Source: Octopus bimaculoides | Lineage: Eukaryota | Reading direction: 5' to 3' | DNA: 64,000 bases | Assembly (NCBI RefSeq): GCF_001194135.2 | Contig: NC_068994.1 | Location: 23,109,625 to 23,173,624, forward strand | Part shown: in pieces, positions 13,090-26,989 of the stretch | Numbering within the stretch: the first letter of the stretch is position 1 | How the letters are laid out: every line of letters begins with the position of its first letter | Translations under genes and position numbers: made by a program | The notes under the pieces: generated by a model | Database searches by the model: none | Told to the model about the DNA's origin: nothing | The model's input: the letters and a program-made list of their open reading frames with translations, nothing else

Positions 13090-13330
13090 CTAACTGATTC
13101 AGAATTATACTGATTACCAAGGGCAAATACCTTCTCTTACATGTTATCCTCAGATCCACAAATGCTTGCTTAGAATAGAACCTCTCTCTTGCTATGTTCA
13201 CCACAGTCAACCATCTTCTAACAAATTTATGGCTGGAATGAACCTCTCTCTCTGCCCTTATCTTTCTTTCTAATTCAAGAAGAAAGTATCTGTCTTCAGT
13301 CAATTTGTCCACCAATCTTTTTTTGCCATA
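13090..13330 (+). mobile_element. CR1/jockey-like LINE 3' end remnant
   Basis: Degenerate SEL...RST...WNxP...FKKKVS resembles the CR1-type C-terminal WNSLP..FKR.V, as at 36060-36310. Confidence 0.4.
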
Positions 13331-14799
13331 GCCATGAGATAGAGGAAAACATAAAGAGGTATGACTAAATACTGCAAGATGTTTTGACATTCTAATGATT
13401 CTGAAAACCCACTAAAAGAGTTTTAAACAGTCTGAACACAATGTATTTTCCACACAAATATCAGTGAAGTTGAGAAGTTGTTAGCACAGAGTTCTAAATA
13501 TCTTGCAGTATTTATTTTGGCTCTCCACACTTTATGTTCAAGTCCCATCTATGTCAGTTCTACATTTTATCCTTTTGGGGTTGATAAAATAAAGGATATT
13601 CCCCAGAAAAAGAGTGGTGGACTTGTTAAAGTAGCAAAGAGAATGTTTTACAGTATGCAGTTCTGGCTCTTTGCCTGGTTTTAACATCTGCAGCTGGTTC
13701 TTGTGAGCTTTTAGCAGCATCCACATCATCACAAATGTCTGGACTAGGTCACTAATTTGAGGAAAAATTCCTCTCCTTCCTGCCCAGTTTTGAAGGCCTT
13801 AAAAAATAAGGGTTCATGGGTACTGACCTTCCCTTTATTAGTGGGAAGAAAATAACACAACTTGCACAACATGTATTTTACAGAGTCATCTCCAGACAAC
13901 ATGTACTTTACAGAGTCATCTCCAAACTGTATAACACATGACATGTTCTTCACAACTGCAACTGATAAAATAATGCAATACATAGCCTTATTCTATATCC
14001 AATAGCATAAAACTAACAACTCACACAGTTTCAACCCACTAACAAAACACAAAACAATACAGAACTAATTATTTTACATGATCACTAACTGATACTAAAA
14101 CATTTATCTCAAACCACACATCACATACAAATCACAAAAACCACCCAACAAAATAACACAACTCATAATGCACACATTCTATATAATAGGTGAAATATTA
14201 AGATAACAATTCCAGCCACGAAACAAATCCTGCAACAAATCTAATGTAGTATATACAAACACAACTCTACACCCTAGAAGACAGTGCGGCACACACTTTA
14301 GGGATATAGATGTACTAAGTTGTACTAAGTTGTTGAAGACATGATGATGGTGCTGATAATGATGATGATGATTGTTTCTAATGCAGGCACAAGGCCAGAT
14401 ATTTTTTGGAGAAAAGGGTTATTTGATCAAATAAGCCCTTGTGTTTGACTGTACTTTACTTTATCAACACCATAAGGATGAAAGGTAGAGCTGACCGTAG
14501 CAAGATTCCAGCTCAGGACATACAGAACTGTATCCAAATTCTTCAAGGCATTTTATCTGATGCTCTAATTATTTTGACAATCCAATAATAACAACGCATT
14601 TTATTATTCACATACAAAAGGAAAGGAACACAGATATTGGTATGGATTATTTTGCCTCTCAAAGCAAATGTATAATATGTGCCTGAATATAGAATATAGC
14701 AAATGACTAAAAGCAAAGCCTGAAGTTATAAGAATAATGTTCTAACATAGAATTATTTCTGTCTTGAACTCTGATGTCAGCCATATTTCAATAATTTCA

Positions 14800-15560
14800 T
14801 GGTTGTTTTGATTTCCAATATAAGTGTATGGCCCCTGTTATTTTGCCTTTTTCTTCCCTACTTTTCATTTCCACCATTAATCTTCTTCTTTTTCCTCTTC
14901 ATTTCCTTTCCCTCTTTCTTAGTTTCCTCTTCTGTTCATTGTAATTTCATTCCTCTTTATTCGTTTATATCTTCTTGCTTTTTAGTTATATCTCATTTTC
15001 TTTATTATTTCTTTACTCACTTTCATTTCTTACTTTCGTTATTGTTTCCATTAACAATCTCTACTGCTATTTTCACCTTTATACTTCTTATCTTTCCTCA
15101 GGAGATGTTAATGAAAGCCAAGATTATCTACAGCCACATCAACAATAAACTTCAGATGAAGTCTATCATTATTTTATTTCTGACATCACATTTCTTCATA
15201 TCAATTTCAAAATTATTGGAAAGGGATTTTCTTTCCCGTCCTATTTTCTGTAGCTGTTCCATAACTTTTATTATATATGTTTGTGATAAATGCTGATAAA
15301 ATGGTACTGTGCCAAGCTAGATCAATTTTGACTTGTCTACTGGTGTTGAGCCAATTTCTTCAATTGGTTTCGGTCATTAAAGTCCAGAATTTTATTATCT
15401 TGATTCTCTTGAAGGTAATGTAACAGTAACAACCATGTTTTCTGAAATATATTCCTTCTAATCAGTAATTTATAAATGATTGGTATCTGAAGCACATTTC
15501 AAGACAGATTATCACATAATGTGCAGAAGTAAGATAATTCAATCATAGATGGGACAATGT
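14800..15560 (-). mobile_element. Highly decayed LINE endonuclease/linker remnant
   Basis: NQDNKILDF and QID-like motifs followed by an A/G-rich tract. The antisense reading produces the hydrophobic ORF 14799-15296. Confidence 0.35.
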
Positions 15561-16929
15561 AAAAAGGCAAGATTGTAAAGTGATTGTTTGATAAATGAAG
15601 AACAAATAAAAGCAGGAAGTTAGAAATGAATAAAAAAAAAAAGATAAACTATAGAAGAACAATTAAAAAAATATATGTATTTTTGTGTTACAAAGAATGG
15701 GACAATTTTTTTAACATATAATGGATAAACTTTCTGTGAGAACCTGTTGTAGAATGTGTCAACTAAGGTAATAAATATACTAATCAATTTTTGAACTCAG
15801 ATAAAGGTAGGTACTTATTCACAAGTTATATAGATTAAAAAGAAAAGAAATGTACAAAAGACTTGTGAACTAGAGTTTAACAAAGTGATCCAAGCAAAAA
15901 CCAGCAATGAAGAAATTGTGAAAATAGGATAAAATAAATGTAGATAACGGAAACAAAACATGAGAGAGTCAATCAAGCTTTCAATTTAAAGTATATTGCA
16001 ATAGCATAGAGAAACATGATGTTCTGGACACTACAATCAGAGACAGTTATTTACAAATAAATGGCTTGAAATGAGACATTATTAGAAAATGTGAAATGAA
16101 ATTAGTGTATTAGGCATACACGCTTAATTTATTTGTTCATTCATACATACATATACACATGCATACATACATGTGTGTGTGTGTGTACTTGTGGTTTATA
16201 TACAAGGTTTTCTGCTTGTGTGTCTGGTATATAGACAACAAAGGATTTGTAGAGAATGGATTTTAGGTTAAATATTTTTGTCTATAATCTAGTAGAACTG
16301 TGGATTAATATTCAGAATAAGAACAATATCTATAAAATGTGTGGAAAGGAAGAGTATAAGCATTGTCATTGTCTTTGTTGTTGTTGTTGTTGTCATCGTC
16401 ACCATCAAAGTTAGGGCAAAGTTTTGTATGGTTGGATGCCTTTCTTGGTGCCAATCTTCACCTATTTCTAAGTACAATAATAATCTCCCAGTCTATCAAC
16501 AACAAACAGCCCAGACATGGTTACAAAGAGAACTGGAAACAAATGACATTGTTTGCATGAAGAGTAAAGCCATTGTTTACAACCAAAAGACATATGTGAA
16601 GATGAGAATATGAACTCATACAAAAATATACACAGACACATGTATACATACATACTCACAAAAGCTTTGGTCAGCCCAGGAATATAGTAGGAAGCACTTC
16701 CCTAAGATGCTACACAGAGGGACTTGAACCCAAGACCATGTGGTTGGGAAGTGAACTTCTTACCATATGGCCATGCCTGTACCTCATAGATTGGAAAAAA
16801 GATGCATATGAAAATCCAGATTTCTAAATGAAAAGGTCAATCAAATGGGAAAACATTGTGGATGTTTAATTGTAAAACTAAGGTAAATATAGTGCAGATG
16901 AAAAGATGGCTAAATAAACCATTTTATTA

Positions 16930-17524
16930 TGACATGAGTAAACAACTTGATCTTCAACTGTAAAAGCTGCATTCTAAAAAGAAGGCAAACACTTGATCTG
17001 TAATGTGGGATAAAAGCAAATAACAATTCAGTGAAAATATGCAATCAATCTGATATTCAAGTAATCAATCTGCTTTATATGCTAGGAGGAAGAAACTGAA
17101 TATTAAGACTCATAAATTAAGAAGATGAAAAGTTGGCTCTGATAAAACATAAGCAAAGAAATGTTTTCATCTGAGATCTAACTAAAAATCTGTAAACAAT
17201 GACTAAATTGATCCAATAAAACCAAATAACATGATGTGCAATATCACATGTGTAATCTAACATGAGAAACAAAAAATAAAATAGCATATCTACATTGCAT
17301 TCTTATAAAGAGAATATTAACCAAACTAAGAGAATGTAAATTTAGAAATAACGATATTAATGCATAGTATAGAATTCAAGAACATATTGATATTGCTAAA
17401 ATAATTTTTCAGAGGAAATTGCAATATTAATGAAGACAGTATTTGGGAATTTAGTGGTGTTAATTCTGATCTTCTCTGTATACCTGTTATAAATGCAGAT
17501 AATTTAGCATTCCTTAAGTATTTT
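16930..17524 (+). repeat. ~595-bp direct repeat, copy 2
   Basis: Aligns directly to 9061-9656. Confidence 0.97.
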
Positions 17525-18610
17525 ATATCATACTTGATTTTTTCAGAACTGTGTTTTAATATATACTGGCATGTTTGAATCAATATTTTAGTATTAAATC
17601 TATTGAAGTCATTTGAAAGATCTGCAACTGTTTAACAAAAACAGGTAAAAAAAGCAAAGCCCTGCAAGTCACATCTATGGCCAAACTGTCACATTTGTAA
17701 CTAGATTGTTATATCCTTAACCTGACTGTTATGTAAATAGCATAACTGTTATACTTTTCAGGAGTCTGTCACATTTATTAAATTACACCAACCACTGTAA
17801 TGTTATATCAATAACCAAACTGTTATTCAGACAATTGAATAAGTCATCTCAATAAAGCAAAATATCATAGAAATGAGCCGAAGTATCTGACACAAAATAA
17901 ATTTCGTGAAATTATCACAGATGAAAGAGAACTGTCACATATAAATCCAAACTTCTATTTCTCTGACACTGAAACATGAAATTCTGTTAATTTTCTTTCC
18001 AATCATTGAAAAATAGCTCAAAGATTCTTCCAACCAAATCATGTAGCAGTATCAGACAATTATCTCCTGCTAGTGGTATAAACACGAGTGCTTATATGCA
18101 CCACAAGTCTACATGAGAGGTTTTCTCATGTTAAGTAACACAGTATTTCGTGTTCTTACAACACAACGTCAATTTTTAAGTAGGGATAAATATTACCATT
18201 TCGTATTAATACTGCTTCTGTTTCTTTTATTCTTTTGTTTTAGTCATTTGACTGCAGCCATGCTGGAGCACCGCCTTAACTATTTATTAATTACTTTTAC
18301 AAATTAGTTATTAAAATAAAAGCCATGATCATTAAGCTCTTATGGCCCATGTAGGTGTTGATGTACTGAATAACTATGCAAAAAATTCTAAAGGATTTTG
18401 AAATTTCCTTCTTAGAGAAGGAAAACAAAAAACTAATGGTCATTAGATTTTGTTCTTTATCTAAATAAGAGTCAAATTTCAGTTCATTAATATTTTTCCC
18501 TACATCATGTTCCAGTTATCTTAATCAATGCCATAGGCTTATTCCAGTTATTTCCCTTAGCTCAATTTTGTTTGAATTCTTGTAGCTTCCAACCCCTTTT
18601 AGCTTTTGTC

Positions 18611-18661
<51 letters not shown>

Positions 18662-18840
18662 TGAGTCTCATTTGTTGGATGGGTTGGTGTGTGGGTGGGT
18701 TTTTAAACTTTAATAAATATTCATAGCCAGTTCTTTGTTCCAGTGATAGCAACCACACAGAAAAGGATGGACACCTACTCCATCACTGGGGGACAGGGAA
18801 GTTTTATGAAACCAAATGATAAATGTGACAAATCTGATAA

Positions 18841-19584
18841 TAAGCTTGGTAAGTGGGTTCCATATGGAATGAATGAATACAATCAAAGAGAATGTGTCAA
18901 TATCTGCACTGCTCTTTATTTACATGAGAAAATATCTCCATTTTTGAACTGCCTAATGACTTTTGATGAAAAGTGGATACTCTATAAGACATTAATGGGT
19001 TCGATCAGAACAAGCAAGACCCCATCCAAAACAAGATCTTCATCCTTGAAAAGTTTTGTCAAACATTTGGTCGGACATGTTTGGTGAAATACACTTTGAA
19101 ACCCTGCCACAAAACCAGACAACTACAGTTCAAGTGTACTGTGAACAAATTGATAGAGTGAATGAAAAACTTACAGAACAAATGTGCTCTTTAGTCAATC
19201 GAAAGGGTTTCATTTGCCATCATGACTATGCCAGACCTCATAGTGCAAAGCAAAAATCACATGTGCCAAGATTGAGAAGCTAGGTTGGGAAAGGCTTCCA
19301 CATCCTCTGTATTCTCCTGACCTTGTTCCTTTGGGTTATCATTTATTCTGAAGTTTGCAAAATTTCATTGATGGAAAAGAATACAATTCCTTAGAGGCAC
19401 TTGAAATGGACCTTCAAGAAGTTTTCTCTTCTAAGTCAGCTGATTTCTTTAGGAATCGCATAAAAAAAATGTTATTGATTCTAATGGGGAATATATAGTT
19501 GATTAAATTGGTACCATACTTGCTTTTTTTATTTTTTCAAAGCCTACAACAAAAAAACAACATTACTTAAGGGACAACCTGATA
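18841..19584 (+). mobile_element. mariner (Mos1/Hsmar-like) 3' two-thirds
   Basis: GKWVPY, TFDEKWILY, HHDYARPH, HPLYSPDL motifs. The 3' TIR reverse complement reads TATCAGGTTGTCCCTTAAGTAATG. Confidence 0.88.
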
Positions 19585-19919
19585 TTAATAACAATTATTG
19601 ATATTGAATTGGGTATAAGGGCCACAACTGGTAAGGGGAGGGATTTATCTGATTGACTAGCAACATCAATAGCAATAATAGTTTCTGATACAAGTACAAG
19701 GTCAGCAGTTTCAAGGGGAGGGTGTTAGTTGATACATTTGTTCCTAGTACTTGACAGTTACTCTATTTTATTGATCTCAAAAGAATGATAGGCAAAGTTA
19801 GCTTAGGTGGAATTTGAATTCAGAATGTAAAAACTGGAAGAAATATTGCAAGGCATTTTGCCTGATGCTCTAATCCACAGAAAATGCCAAATCTACCGAA
19901 AATTTGTTAGATTGGCAGA

Positions 19920-21050
19920 TAATTACAATTCAGGTTTGTAGAGGATCAGGACTACAGTTGATTTAACAGACCCCCTATACTGAAACTGGTCCTCACCAGT
20001 TTGGTGGATTGGTGGAGACAGTAGGTGGGAGAAGACACAGGAGATGGAGTATACGCCTATTGTGCTCTTAGGTGATAGAAAGGTGATGGATATTAGCGGA
20101 TGAAATGTGAGGGGAAAAAGTTGATGGGGCAGAGAGGATGAAGGTGAGGTGGGGAAGAGCCCCTCACTAACAAGCATTCCCAAGGTGGTCTAGGCTATTA
20201 GTTCTGCTGTAGTGGATGGGTCTTCTTGAATACAGCAAGGTGCCAAATATCTCATTTCTTTGTCATCTGCTTTGTAGATCAGCCTTCAACACTTCGTCTC
20301 ATGCCTTCCTGGGTCTCCTCTTCCACAAGTTCCATCCAATTTAAATGATCAGGACTCCTTTATGCAACTGTCTTCATGCATATACACTACATGACCAAAC
20401 CAGTGCAGTCTTCTTTCTTACACACTGCATCTAATTTCTCTTACACCTAACCTTTCTTTCAATAGACTAGCACATGTACACTAACATTGCATATCCAGCA
20501 GTGCATACTTGCTCCATTTCTCTCTAGTTTTTGCATGCCTCTGCATTCAGAGCCTACATCTTATTACTATGTAGCATTGCTGTTTGTACACATGCATCAC
20601 ACAGTTTTCCTTTCAAATGAAGAGAGAGACCTTTGGTTGCTAACAGAGGTAAAAGCTCTCTGAATTTCTCTATCTTATTCTTATTCTAGCAATTACCCTT
20701 TTGGTACATCCTCCTTCACAGTTAATTAGGTCACCTTGGTAGCAGAAATTATCCACTACCTCTAGAGAGCTTCTGGGACATTTGAGGAAATCAATTTCCT
20801 ATGTATCTGTAGACGTTATGGCTCCTGAACATCTTCCACATGCAAACACTACTTTCTATGTTAACCTTCCTATTATTCCACTTCACCTTTTCTGTGTCCA
20901 TAGCTTGCACTGGGTGCACTGAAGGAAATTCCTGCCTACACATATCCTGCATATCAAGTAGGGCTGAAAATTCAAATTTCTGCAAAATTTGTTCTTACTT
21001 TCATGATTATATCTCCCTTTTTCTATGATAGTTGGCTGACATTTGCATGC
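19920..21050 (-). mobile_element. RTE LINE 3' portion with pyrimidine-rich 3' UTR
   Basis: Degenerate RT C-terminal segment (Cys-rich insert, LEKFRELLPLL-like, WFGHV-like); same family as 8200-9060 and 62640-62860. Confidence 0.65.
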
Positions 21051-21672
21051 AGGTTCTGGTTTCTTTCTCTAAGGAGCAGCATTCAATTCATTTAAAAATT
21101 TTAGTAAATGTTATCCAGTACACCATTATCTATGAGGATGCTTGATATTAGCAAAATGTAACCAACTTAACGAAGGACATGTTGTATTAAATGAATACGT
21201 AATGTGATTGTGGGTGTAACAATTCTATCAATGTGTAAATAGAGGAATCAGAAATAGTAGATGACATGGTTAATGGATGGAAGATTGAAAAGCCTAGCAT
21301 GATTAACAAATGCAATGGTGATACCAGTGATACATGACATATTGATACTACTCATGCAGCTAAAGAAGCTGCTGCTGTGTTACCAGTGATCAAGCTAAAG
21401 CTAAGATCAGCAACAACAGCCATATCAATATGATAAATCTATTTAACGATATCAATAAAATCAGTAATTGCAATAGCTTTGACTTAGCTAATAAAAACAA
21501 CAGCAACTCAGTGATAGCACTGATCTCTAGCTAATGATATTAACAACACTAGCTATAATGGTAACAGCAATACTTCTGATCTAGTTATCTAGTTATTAAC
21601 NNNNNNNNNNTGTATGTATGTATGTATGTATGTATATATGTATGTATCTATCTATCTGTCTATATATACAGT

Positions 21673-21752
<80 letters not shown>

Positions 21753-21989
21753 AAGAGGGAAAGAAAGGAACATTATGAATAATGATTTTATGGCTCTAGA
21801 ATATTGCACTACCAGCAGCAACAATAATAATGACAACCTTATCTCAAGAAGCCAATCAAGGACCATGTATCAGTCAAATCTCCCTCAAACCCTATCATCT
21901 TAGAATAAAGATATATTGGCTAATGTAGTGTATGGTATGCAAAGGGGTAAGTCATGGACTGAACAGCTATGGGTTTGCTTGATGTACAT

Positions 21990-22302
21990 CAGTGGTTCTT
22001 AACCAGAGTTCATATGGCCTTTGGGGGCCCATATAATATTTTTAGTGAGTAAGGAGGCGGGGGGGGGGGGTCATGCTTGCAAAATAGTAAACTGGGGATT
22101 TACAGTAGTATTTTAAAGCTCCATAAAAAGTTCTGATTTAAATGTATGTTTTACAAGGTTTCTTTCTCAGACGCTTTATATAGTTCAACCTATACAAGTG
22201 AATAAGTGAATGACAAAATAGGAATTTTGAAAGAAGTATCTATGAAATTAGTTTTTAAACATTGAGTGGGGTCCATAGGTAAAAAATGGTTGAGAACTAC
22301 TG
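21990..22302. mobile_element. hAT-type MITE
   Basis: 15-bp TIRs CAGTGGTTCTTAACC / GGTTGAGAACTACTG (13/15 match); eroded 8-bp TSD atgtacat / aaccacat. Confidence 0.7.
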
Positions 22303-23100
22303 AACCACATTGAGCTGGGCTGAAGATCAGCAACAGTAAAGGATGTCTCCACACACTTTATCTCCTAGAAATAGTTGTCAATCACCCTTTACTCCCACCA
22401 AAGGCTAAAAATGATGGGATGGTCATGACTGGAAGACCCTTGAGTATTTTGCAGCTCAGTCAGAGGTAGTTCAGAGTGTAGTAACAGCACTATCAATGCT
22501 GCTGATCTGCTGGTGTTATTTATGTTACATATCTGTAATAACATTAATTGAGCATATATTGCTGTTACATTTGTATGTCAAAGCTCAAAGAAATTCAAAA
22601 TACTAAATTGATTACCTCCTCCTCCTCCTCCTCCTCNNNNNNNNNNNNNNNNNNNNNNNNNNNNNNNNNNNNNNNNNNNNNNNNNNNNNNNNNNNNNNNN
22701 NNNNNNNNNNNNNNNNNNNNNNNNNNNNNNNNNNNNNNNNNNNNNNNNNNNNNNNNNNNNNNNNNNNNNNNNNNNNNNNNNNNNNNNNNNNNNNNNNNNN
22801 NNNNNNNNNNNNNNNNNNNNNNNNNNNNNNNNNNNNNNNNNNNNNNNNNNNNNNNNNNNNNNNNNNNNNNNNNNNNNNNNNNNNNNNNNNNNNNNNNNNN
22901 NNNNNNNNNNNNNNNNNNNNNNNNNNNNNNNNNNNNNNNNNNNNNNNNNNNNNNNNNNNNNNNNNNNNNNNNNNNNNNNNNNNNNNNNNNNNNNNNNNNN
23001 NNNNNNNNNNNNNNNNNNNNNNNNNNNNNNNNNNNNNNNNNNNNNNNNNNNNNNNNNNNNNNNNNNNNNNNNNNNNNNNNNNNNNNNNNNNNNNNNNNNN

Positions 23101-23157
<57 letters not shown>

Positions 23158-23884
23158 TGTGTGTATGTGTGCGTGTGTGTTATCTTCAGGTCATTAAGAG
23201 ACAACATGTAGCATGATGCAATAAAATCTCACTGATATATTTGTGAAGTTCAGTTCAAGCACTGAATCAGTAACAACACTCAGCTCTTAGCAATAGCTAT
23301 TTAATGAACATTTCTTGCCATTTTTGACAATCCTATGATCATTTCATTAATTTTGAATAGTCATGCTGAGATCCAATTTAGAAAGTTATTGGTAGCAGTT
23401 ACTGAAAAAATGAAAATAAAAAAAATATTTTAATTTAAACTTATTGATTGATTCTTCTTTCATTCGTTTTAGCCATACATCATTTATAAACACATGGCTG
23501 ATTTTTCTATCTGTCTTGTCATATAAGATGAAAAATGTTTCTTTTATTCAGAGAGGATTTTTTTATATTAATATAGGAAATATTTTATGACGAATATATT
23601 GAATAGTCATTGGAACGTCACACAGATATAGCCCTGTAATATTCAGTTCTATTAGATATGGTTGCAGTGTTAAATTTTCGATGCAAATATGTAGTTCTGT
23701 ATTTGATTCGATTGCTCTCCGACCCTAACTATGGTTGATCATTCTTTGCAAGTAGAACTTCATAGACAGAAACTGTGCAGGAACCATCATACATGTATGT
23801 TCCTATTTGTCTGTCTGTAGGTATGTATGTATATACATAATTACAGACATGTATATACATACTTACAGACATGTAGGATCATTA

Positions 23885-24275
23885 TAAGTACAAGTATGGT
23901 TGTGTGGTAAGAAGTTTGCTTCTGAACCACATGGTTCCAGGTTCGGTCTTGCTGCATGGTACCTTGACCATGTATGTGTCTCCTGAGCAAAGCCTTATAA
24001 GTGGACTTGGTAAGCAAAAACTGAAATGAGCTCATCATAGGTGTGTGTGTGTGTGTGTGTATCTTTGTGTCTGTGTTTATTCCCCACCATCTCTTGACAA
24101 TCAGTGTTAGCATGTTTATGTCCTTGTGTCTTAGCAGTTCAGCAAAGGAGACTGATAGAGCAAGTACCAGGCTTAAAAAAATAAGTACTGGGGTCATTCA
24201 TTTGACTAAAAATTCTTTAAGGTGGTGCCCCAGCATAGCTGCAATCTAATGATTGAAACAAGTAAAAGATAAAAG
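23885..24275 (+). mobile_element. SINE family A copy
   Basis: Same head, body and ggtggtgccccagcatagctgcaatc tail. Confidence 0.85.
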
Positions 24276-25331
24276 ATATCTGTGATGGATGTATATCTGT
24301 GAAAGACTAAAGTGTCAATGAGAAAATTGATCAACCAGTTCCTTCTGATATTTGTTTTACTCATTTGCACAGAGACTCCTTGTTCATCTTGCTATTATAA
24401 ATGCAATGAAACAGTGATTGGTCCATTATAACTAACCTTATAACTAACAATGCTCTCATTTAGAAAATGTAATTAAGAAAATATAAAAACTATTACTGTT
24501 TGTAAAGAACTTTTCGTATCTTCACAATTTTTCCATATTTACTTTGCAGCTTGTTAACTCTGCAGTAAATCTTGTAATTATCTAGAAATACATAAATACA
24601 GTTGTTAGTTCAGTTCTATAGACTTGTTTTAGCAATACATAAACAAATGCTATCAAAGTAAACATCTATCTTCATGAGTAATACAATTTATGTTCAGTAA
24701 TAACTTCATTCGATTTTTAACAGTTAAACTTCATTTTCAAGGCTTTTTTCTTCTTTTTTTCTTTTTAGTTTGACTATTCAGCTATTTCCTTATCATAAAC
24801 ATTTACACAAAAATTCCTCTTTAACTTTCACATCATAGTATGAGGTGTGAGGCCATGAATATTGGATCAAATATAACAAAATATGTTGCCAGTAAGATCA
24901 ACAGCAGGAAATTCAATTGAATTTGTAAGTCTCCATTGAGAGAAATGAAAGAGCTCAGATTATTTCATAACATTGATCTTCATATAGAAATAGTAGTTAG
25001 GCATTTCTTTCAAGCAGCAATAGATTATTGCAGCACATAAGATTATTACTACAGAGATTAATCTTATATTCCTTGCCTAAGATAATTGTTCTTTGTGTAA
25101 TGATGCAGATTTTGCTGTGTGGTTAGGAATAGTGCTGTGCAACCTCATGGTTCATCCACACTATGCAGACCATAGGCAAGTGTTTTCTCCTACAGTCTAG
25201 GGTTAACGAATATCTACTGAGTAGAATTTGGTAAACAGAATTTGTGACGAAACCTGTTGTGTATACATACATACATACATACATACATACATGCATACAT
25301 GCATACATACATACATACATACATACATACA

Positions 25332-25367
<36 letters not shown>

Positions 25368-25471
25368 TNNNNNNNNNNNNNNNNNNNNNNNNNNNNNNNN
25401 NNNNNNNNNNNNNNNNNNNNNNNNNNNNNNNNNNNNNNNNNNNNNNNNNNNNNNNNNNNNNNNNNTATATA

Positions 25472-26224
25472 TAGGGTGCAATTGGTAAAGTGTTTCCATT
25501 TTATATTTTTAATTTCGCACATGCACATTGTTTGTTTTTGATTTTGTTGACTACAAAGTATAGTAGGTTTAGTTGGGTACCATCTGTGAGAAAAACAGTT
25601 ACATGATGCAATTCACTTTGCCAGAAATTTAGAAACATGCTGTACTGCTTGGCATTCACACTGGAAGCTCCAGTATGAACGTTTCTGAGTGTTTGGGTGT
25701 CAATCTGCAGACAACGCAATCTGAGGACATGTACTGAGAGTGATAAAAATTGAACATCCAGCCAACATTATGGTGTTGGGAGTGATCACTAGTAATGATG
25801 ATGCTATGCCTCCATTCATCTTTGCACATGGCCTCTGACTCAACATGGAGGCCTACATCCAGTGCCTGGAGGAGGTAGTGGTGTACTGTTCAAGAGGGTG
25901 GCTACTGGAAGACCCTATGTCTGGCAACAGAACTCTGCACCATGCCACACAAGCAGGAGAACAGAGTCATGAAAGTCAGACAATTTCTGCGACCACATCA
26001 CCATTTGGCCACCTAACTCCCCAGATTGCAATCCCCTTTATTATTATGTATGGGGAGCAGTTGGGCGAGAGATCAACAAAACTCCTTGTAACACCAAAAA
26101 TAAACTGGGATCATGGCAGCATTCCCCAACTTAAACAAGGAAACTGTCCAGAAGAGTTGCCGGAAATTCCGAAGTCGTCCAGAGGCCGTGGTTGAAGCTG
26201 ATGGCGATTTTATTGAATAAATTT
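25472..26224 (+). mobile_element. Internally deleted Tc1/mariner (maT/DD37D-like)
   Basis: Frameshifted KHPANIMVLGVI, WQQNSAPCH, WPPNSPDCNPL..VWG; runs into an N gap. Confidence 0.8.
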
Positions 26225-26989
26225 NNNNNNNNNNNNNNNNNNNNNNNNNNNNNNNNNNNNNNNNNNNNNNNNNNNNNNNNNNNNNNNNNNNNNNNNNNNN
26301 NNNNNNNNNNNNNNNNNNNNNNNNNNNNNNNNNNNNNNNNNNNNNNNNNNNNNNNNNNNNNNNNNNNNNNNNNNNNNNNNNNNNNNNNNNNNNNNNNNNN
26401 NNNNNNNNNNNNNNNNNNNNNNNNNNNNNNNNNNNNNNNNNNNNNNNNNNNNNNNNNNNNNNNNNNNNNNNNNNNNNNNNNNNNNNNNNNNNNNNNNNNN
26501 NNNNNNNNNNNNNNNNNNNNNNNNNNNNNNNNNNNNNNNNNNNNNNNNNNNNNNNNNNNNNNNNNNNNNNNNNNNNNNNNNNNNNNNNNNNNNNNNNNNN
26601 NNNNNNNNNNNNNNNNNNNNNNNNNNNNNNNNNNNNNNNNNNNNNNNNNNNNNNNNNNNNNNNNNNNNNNNNNNNNNNNNNNNNNNNNNNNNNNNNNNNN
26701 NNNNNNNNNNNNNNNNNNNNNNNNNNNNNNNNNNNNNNNNNNNNNNNNNNNNNNNNNNNNNNNNNNNNNNNNNNNNNNNNNNNNNNNNNNNNNNNNNNNN
26801 NNNNNNNNNNNNNNNNNNNNNNNNNNNNNNNNNNNNNNNNNNNNNNNNNNNNNNNNNNNNNNNNNNNNNNNNNNNNNNNNNNNNNNNNNNNNNNNNNNNN
26901 NNNNNNAAATACATATATTTATATATATTCTTTTATTCATTTCAGCCTTGAGGTTGCTGCCATGCTGAGGCACCACCAGTGTAATCACC

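Noticed and set aside
13064-13390. 108-aa protein-like minus-strand ORF
   Set aside because: The plus strand fits a CR1-type 3' end better, and there is no place for it in the M13 alignment.
13655-13690. RQRARTAY resembling a homeodomain N-terminal arm
   Set aside because: The following residues show no helix-1 similarity and a stop follows.
14799-15296. 165-aa hydrophobic plus-strand ORF that looks like a membrane protein
   Set aside because: It is the antisense reading of an A/G-rich LINE remnant: Phe/Leu/Ser-biased, with no splice or domain support.
9061-17524. LTR retrotransposon interpretation of the direct repeats
   Set aside because: No TG...CA ends, PBS/PPT or gag-pol, and the interior contains a host exon.
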